DNA from: a virus
Virus record (IMG/VR): IMGVR_UViG_3300045806_000063
Location: 64,001-128,000 of that record
Direction: 5' to 3' (one strand)
Length of the DNA stretch: 64,000 nucleotides
A model generated the notes under the pieces. That model saw only the letters and a list, made by a program, of their open reading frames with translations. It was not told the origin of the DNA and ran no database searches. The translations under genes were made by a program, and so were the position numbers. Positions 59,741-64,000 of this stretch are shown here, in pieces (position 1 is the stretch's first letter; every line of letters starts with the position of its first letter).

Positions 59741-60706
59741 ATGTCATTAGATCAGGGCGTAATTGAGGAAGGACTTTATAGTACTAACTACTTGGCATCA
59801 GAACAAGTAAAGGCCAAAACAATAATCAAACTTATAGGAAGAGATTATCTTCTTTTTAAAGATGATACATTAGTGTTCAAAACTATTAAACCGTCATATG
59901 GTGGAAGAGAAGGTAGAAGGGTTGTGGCGTTATTAGGAGATTTGCCAAACATACCTACATTTAATCATCCGATTTATCACAATGGAGTCTCATATATAGA
60001 TGCTAGAGCATTTATCAATAGACAAAGTGGTGAAATACGAAATCAAGGTGAGTATGATAATTTAATCAGAAGAGCTATTTTGGACATGCTCTGGATTGAA
60101 GAACGAGATATATTCTTTAGCGGACAAATCTTAAATCTGACAGCTAAAGTATTTAGTGAATGGGTAGGGGCAGGTGTAGAGAGAGGAGCTAATCTTGATA
60201 TGCGAACCGCTGGAAATGTCAAGGTATTGCTTATGGCGTATATCTTATTCCAGGCAGTGACTAAGAATGGAATGGGTGCAGAAGAACGCAGTGCATTCAT
60301 AATCAAAAAAGCAAGGGATATACTAGGTTTGCAAATGGAGTATGTGTTAACCTTAACTGAGACTTATCCAACTGCTTTCAGTGACATATATGAAAATCCA
60401 GGAAGAATATTCTTTTTAGTTAAATCATTGGCGGTGGTAACTAATGATGAGAGATTGAGCTTTGAAAGAACCCTTTATGATATCATTGGTAATGGGGCTA
60501 CGATGCAAAGTAACTCTCGTGAACTGGCATGTATCTCTATTGAAAATATACCGACCTTTGTAGCGCTGATGCACTTTGTTAATTTCCCTAGTATGAAGAC
60601 TACTAAAATTGGAAGTCCTCTTTTCCATAGTCGTACAAAATATGGTGATGTTTTAGAGAGATTCATTTCTCTAAATACTAGCTATGAGACAATAGATGCA
60701 AGATGA
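59741..60706 (+). CDS. Virion structural protein (phiKZ gp28-like by synteny)
   Basis: Divergent from the sheath, first of a conserved three-gene block. Confidence 0.6.
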   Translation: MSLDQGVIEEGLYSTNYLASEQVKAKTIIKLIGRDYLLFKDDTLVFKTIKPSYGGREGRRVVALLGDLPNIPTFNHPIYHNGVSYIDARAFINRQSGEIRNQGEYDNLIRRAILDMLWIEERDIFFSGQILNLTAKVFSEWVGAGVERGANLDMRTAGNVKVLLMAYILFQAVTKNGMGAEERSAFIIKKARDILGLQMEYVLTLTETYPTAFSDIYENPGRIFFLVKSLAVVTNDERLSFERTLYDIIGNGATMQSNSRELACISIENIPTFVALMHFVNFPSMKTTKIGSPLFHSRTKYGDVLERFISLNTSYETIDAR

Positions 60707-63228
60707 ATATAATCGAAACATTAATTTCTCATCTAAACAGAAAGGTATGGTATAACTCACTGTTGGATAGGACTGGCATTTACCGGTCTCTAATGTTATC
60801 CACTAACAGAGGTGGTGTAGATTCTATTAGTACACCATTGGTGAGTTACGATCTACCTGATAGTACAAACCGTTATATCTTAGTAACTCTCGATGTGGTT
60901 CCTGTTCAAGCTTTAAACCTTGATACTATAGGAACTGGATGGGTGCCTGTATCAACTTTAATTAGTAAAAATATCTGGTTTACTGCAGTCAGAAATGGTA
61001 GACGATTTACACTAGCTGGTGCATTTATAAAGATCACCGAACACAGTGAAGTGTTAATAGCTTTTAGTTATGCTAATAACTTGCAGGTTACTACTTTAAC
61101 CACGCCTATTTTTGTTAAGTTTTATAGCAATGCATACTTTGGCACTAACACTGGGAGAGGAAATACCTTATCCCTTTTTAGTTATACCTTTTCAGGTAGC
61201 AGTACACTCCTGAATTATAATACATTCTGCAGTACCAACATATCACCAGCTAACGCATTAGTGTTTAAAAATGGACTGTTTCTTCCAGTAGGGTTACCTG
61301 CGTATAGTTCGTTAATTCTAGGCGATATAGTGGAGTTCATTAATGACCCATCGATTACAGATGTTCATTTAATACCACTGACTTCAATGCCAGTATATAC
61401 GTCCGCAGCTGACTCAGTTAATAAAATGATAGCTTCATTAGATCTGGTAAATGATACGGCGTTTATACAGGATATTGACTTCTATGTGATAGGGACTACG
61501 GCAGGAGGAACTGTAGAAGGTTTAAGCTTTTTAAGATTAGACAATTCAGTCATTAGACAGTTAACCTATAAGGACTTTGGATTAAACTCACAACTGATCC
61601 AAAATGCAGTTACTGACTTGATATCCTTTACCGATGTTGTAGCAGCAACTGGGATTAACATTTTAATTGTAAGAAGAACTATTGGGATACCCAGAGTAGA
61701 TATCAATGACTCCAACTATCTCTCAGATCTAATGCAATTACCGGTAGTTATTAGGCAGAATGTAATGACTGGTGTAAATGCTAACTTACCAATATGGCAA
61801 GCTAGCAATATTGAATCATGTCCTTTTAATTCATTTATACAACATCTTAACTTACCTTATATCACAAGTAATTACTTCGGAGTTTACACACAACGCGAAG
61901 CTTATAACTATCTTGAAAACTTAACGAAACGAGATACAGGTAATTACTTTCTTCCACCCATCTGTTTAGGAACTGGTCAACTAGTTGAATTTGATTCATC
62001 TGGGAAAAACCCTACTTTAAATTTAGTTTCAACTATAACAGAAGGTTTAGGATGGGATAGTGATAAACATATATTCCTTCCCTTCACTGACTCGGTGAGT
62101 GGACTAGATATATTAATAGCCGCTAACGATGCCACTGATACTGTAGTCTCTGGTAACTTTGATATCCTCTGCTTATACAATGATGGAACATTGAAAATAG
62201 CTACACTTGGTATTGATTATACTTTAACTGATAATAACACTACTGACCTAACCACCATTACATGGTCAACAGTTGCAAAGACCTACCCTAGAGTGATACG
62301 CTCTGCTGCTAATGGAATAGCTTTCACTGTAACAGTTGATGAGAGTCAGTTAATAGCAGGAATCGATGTTTACAATGGATTTGTACCTGCGAATGATTTA
62401 GGCATGGGCAGTTTGTTAGTCTGGGCTAATGGTGATTATTTAATCTACGGATTAGATTATGTCATGTTTGAATCTAAACTGTTTATCTCGTCTCAGAGAA
62501 ACAGTTGGGCTTTACCTATGTCTTTAACTGTACTGTATGTTGGGCTCCCTAATACTCAACTTAGTTATCAGGATAATACTACATTCGGGTTTGTAAAATA
62601 CGAAAGTATTCTCGAAGATAGTGTCTATGATTTAATTGGTTTTAGAGATAAGTTACTAGTCGTAGATGGAGCAGTTTATGATTTAAACCAAATCAATGCC
62701 AAGGAACAGTATCAGGATAACGTAGACGTTAATACAAGCCCTTGGGTAAATGGTACCTCATTCGCTGTCATTGACCGTCCTCATGTTGCTAGAGTGGATT
62801 TAATTCTTCAGCTAACTAACACAGCTGTATATGAGTCTGAGATAGATGTTTCAGTATCCAATTTGCTAACAGTAGTTGATCCACAACCTATACCTTCAAC
62901 TGCAAATGTGATCCCACAGATGTACGTGGTAGTTAGTTTGCTTATGCAGAAATTAATAACTGACATAACGTCAGGTGTTCTCTTAGGGTTAGTGCTGGAG
63001 TCTTATACTGAAGAGACGTTATACCCTATTGTTGAACCTTATATATGGATGCTTCATGTTGATCTAACTCACGCAAACCTTGATACAAACTACGTGGTTT
63101 TTGCTCCATGTTGGAATGCTGGTCCTCAAACTGTTAGCTCTGTAGCATTTAGTTTTCTTAACGCCGTTAATACCATAATCTTAGGTGGTAAGGTGCAACG
63201 GCTCGGCTCTTACTTGTCAATTGGCTAA
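60703..63228 (+). CDS. Baseplate/virion structural protein (phiKZ gp27-like)
   Basis: 841 aa; NG.YLIYGLDY motif; synteny. Confidence 0.65.
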   Translation: MNIIETLISHLNRKVWYNSLLDRTGIYRSLMLSTNRGGVDSISTPLVSYDLPDSTNRYILVTLDVVPVQALNLDTIGTGWVPVSTLISKNIWFTAVRNGRRFTLAGAFIKITEHSEVLIAFSYANNLQVTTLTTPIFVKFYSNAYFGTNTGRGNTLSLFSYTFSGSSTLLNYNTFCSTNISPANALVFKNGLFLPVGLPAYSSLILGDIVEFINDPSITDVHLIPLTSMPVYTSAADSVNKMIASLDLVNDTAFIQDIDFYVIGTTAGGTVEGLSFLRLDNSVIRQLTYKDFGLNSQLIQNAVTDLISFTDVVAATGINILIVRRTIGIPRVDINDSNYLSDLMQLPVVIRQNVMTGVNANLPIWQASNIESCPFNSFIQHLNLPYITSNYFGVYTQREAYNYLENLTKRDTGNYFLPPICLGTGQLVEFDSSGKNPTLNLVSTITEGLGWDSDKHIFLPFTDSVSGLDILIAANDATDTVVSGNFDILCLYNDGTLKIATLGIDYTLTDNNTTDLTTITWSTVAKTYPRVIRSAANGIAFTVTVDESQLIAGIDVYNGFVPANDLGMGSLLVWANGDYLIYGLDYVMFESKLFISSQRNSWALPMSLTVLYVGLPNTQLSYQDNTTFGFVKYESILEDSVYDLIGFRDKLLVVDGAVYDLNQINAKEQYQDNVDVNTSPWVNGTSFAVIDRPHVARVDLILQLTNTAVYESEIDVSVSNLLTVVDPQPIPSTANVIPQMYVVVSLLMQKLITDITSGVLLGLVLESYTEETLYPIVEPYIWMLHVDLTHANLDTNYVVFAPCWNAGPQTVSSVAFSFLNAVNTIILGGKVQRLGSYLSIG

Positions 63229-63239
63229 AGGTATTTATT

Positions 63240-64000
63240 ATGTCAGGAAATGTAGAACAACAGAACCTCTTAGCGGGGTTTAGGGTATGGGATATATCTG
63301 AGGTATACCAGGGAACTGTCATTGACGGAGTGACACTACATGTGCCTAATGTTAATGACATGGTAGTGGATTGGACTAATGGGTTTTATAAGGTTACTGC
63401 TGTTAATAGTAGCAACATACCCACACTTCAATCTATTGACATGTCTCTCTTAACAGAGACACTTCAAGGAATCACACCAATAAATAGATTAGCACCTTAT
63501 CAGCAAATGATGAGAGCTTTTCTTAATACGACTGTAACTCCATTTGAAATGAATATAGATACTCAAATGGTTTTATACTCGGTAGCATATATCAAAGTAT
63601 TTTTGGGGGTAGATACCTCTCCAACTGGTACTGTGATTTCACAGATGTATAATGGGGAAGGTGTTTTCACTAGTGAAAATGTACCAACTGTGGCAATAGA
63701 TTCTACTAAACCCAATATTGTACAACCTGTTGGATTTAACAGCAGTATGGCGTTGAGCGATGGAGCTGTAGTAACTGCAATCTTCTATAATGTTAGTGGC
63801 ATTGTTGTTGGACAGCAGGGATTCTTAGTGAAGAACTCAAACCTTATCCGAGGCATTGGGCAGAATCAGGTTTATATCACTTCGGTAGAATTAGTCTCAA
63901 CTTTGTTAGATCCCATTGATGCCAGTATCATTAATGCGCCAGCTAACATTAGCATTAGTGGAGTTAACTTCCAAGCTCAGTTAAATTATAGCGATGGATC
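63240..64000 (+). CDS. Virion structural protein (phiKZ gp26-like), 3' truncated
   Basis: ATG at 63240, frame open to the window end (MSGNVEQQNLLAGFRVWDISEVY...HVPNVNDMVVD...); absent from the track because it has no stop. Confidence 0.7.
   Translation, partial: MSGNVEQQNLLAGFRVWDISEVYQGTVIDGVTLHVPNVNDMVVDWTNGFYKVTAVNSSNIPTLQSIDMSLLTETLQGITPINRLAPYQQMMRAFLNTTVTPFEMNIDTQMVLYSVAYIKVFLGVDTSPTGTVISQMYNGEGVFTSENVPTVAIDSTKPNIVQPVGFNSSMALSDGAVVTAIFYNVSGIVVGQQGFLVKNSNLIRGIGQNQVYITSVELVSTLLDPIDASIINAPANISISGVNFQAQLNYSDG

Noticed and set aside
1-64000. Stop-codon reassignment (alternative genetic code)
   Set aside because: Long conserved genes are intact under the standard code, and TAA, TAG and TGA all serve as stops

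Overview
64 kb of an AT-rich phiKZ-like jumbo phage genome (Chimalliviridae-like; inferred from gene content and order, no database search run). Contents: a collagen/CBM tail-fibre and putative depolymerase module (1-8.6 kb); an SbcC-like ATPase and tail spike; thyA and DHFR; a phiKZ-type DnaB-like helicase; split virion RNA polymerase subunits (beta-C 19530, beta'-N 37361, beta-N 45486, probable gp176-like accessory subunit); a GH19 endolysin; a baseplate protein; a tail tape-measure/lysozyme; the head maturation protease; tail tube, sheath and baseplate genes. AT-rich early promoters (consensus about AAACATATATTATCT) and long perfect palindromes delimit islands of accessory genes. The main finding is the virion RNAP beta'-N gene. 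It is extended into a 1214-aa polyprotein: beta' core, GNAT, InPase-like, GNAT and ADP-ribosyltransferase-like domains. Every domain junction carries a G-[LI]-E-S motif matching the [SAG]-x-E specificity of phiKZ-type head proteases. This suggests effector enzymes are packaged with the RNAP and released by head-protease cleavage. A second finding is three GC-richer single-gene cassettes sharing an ~85-bp leader and a CCTAGG-centred palindrome. No CRISPR array, tRNA, rRNA, intein or transposase was recognised.
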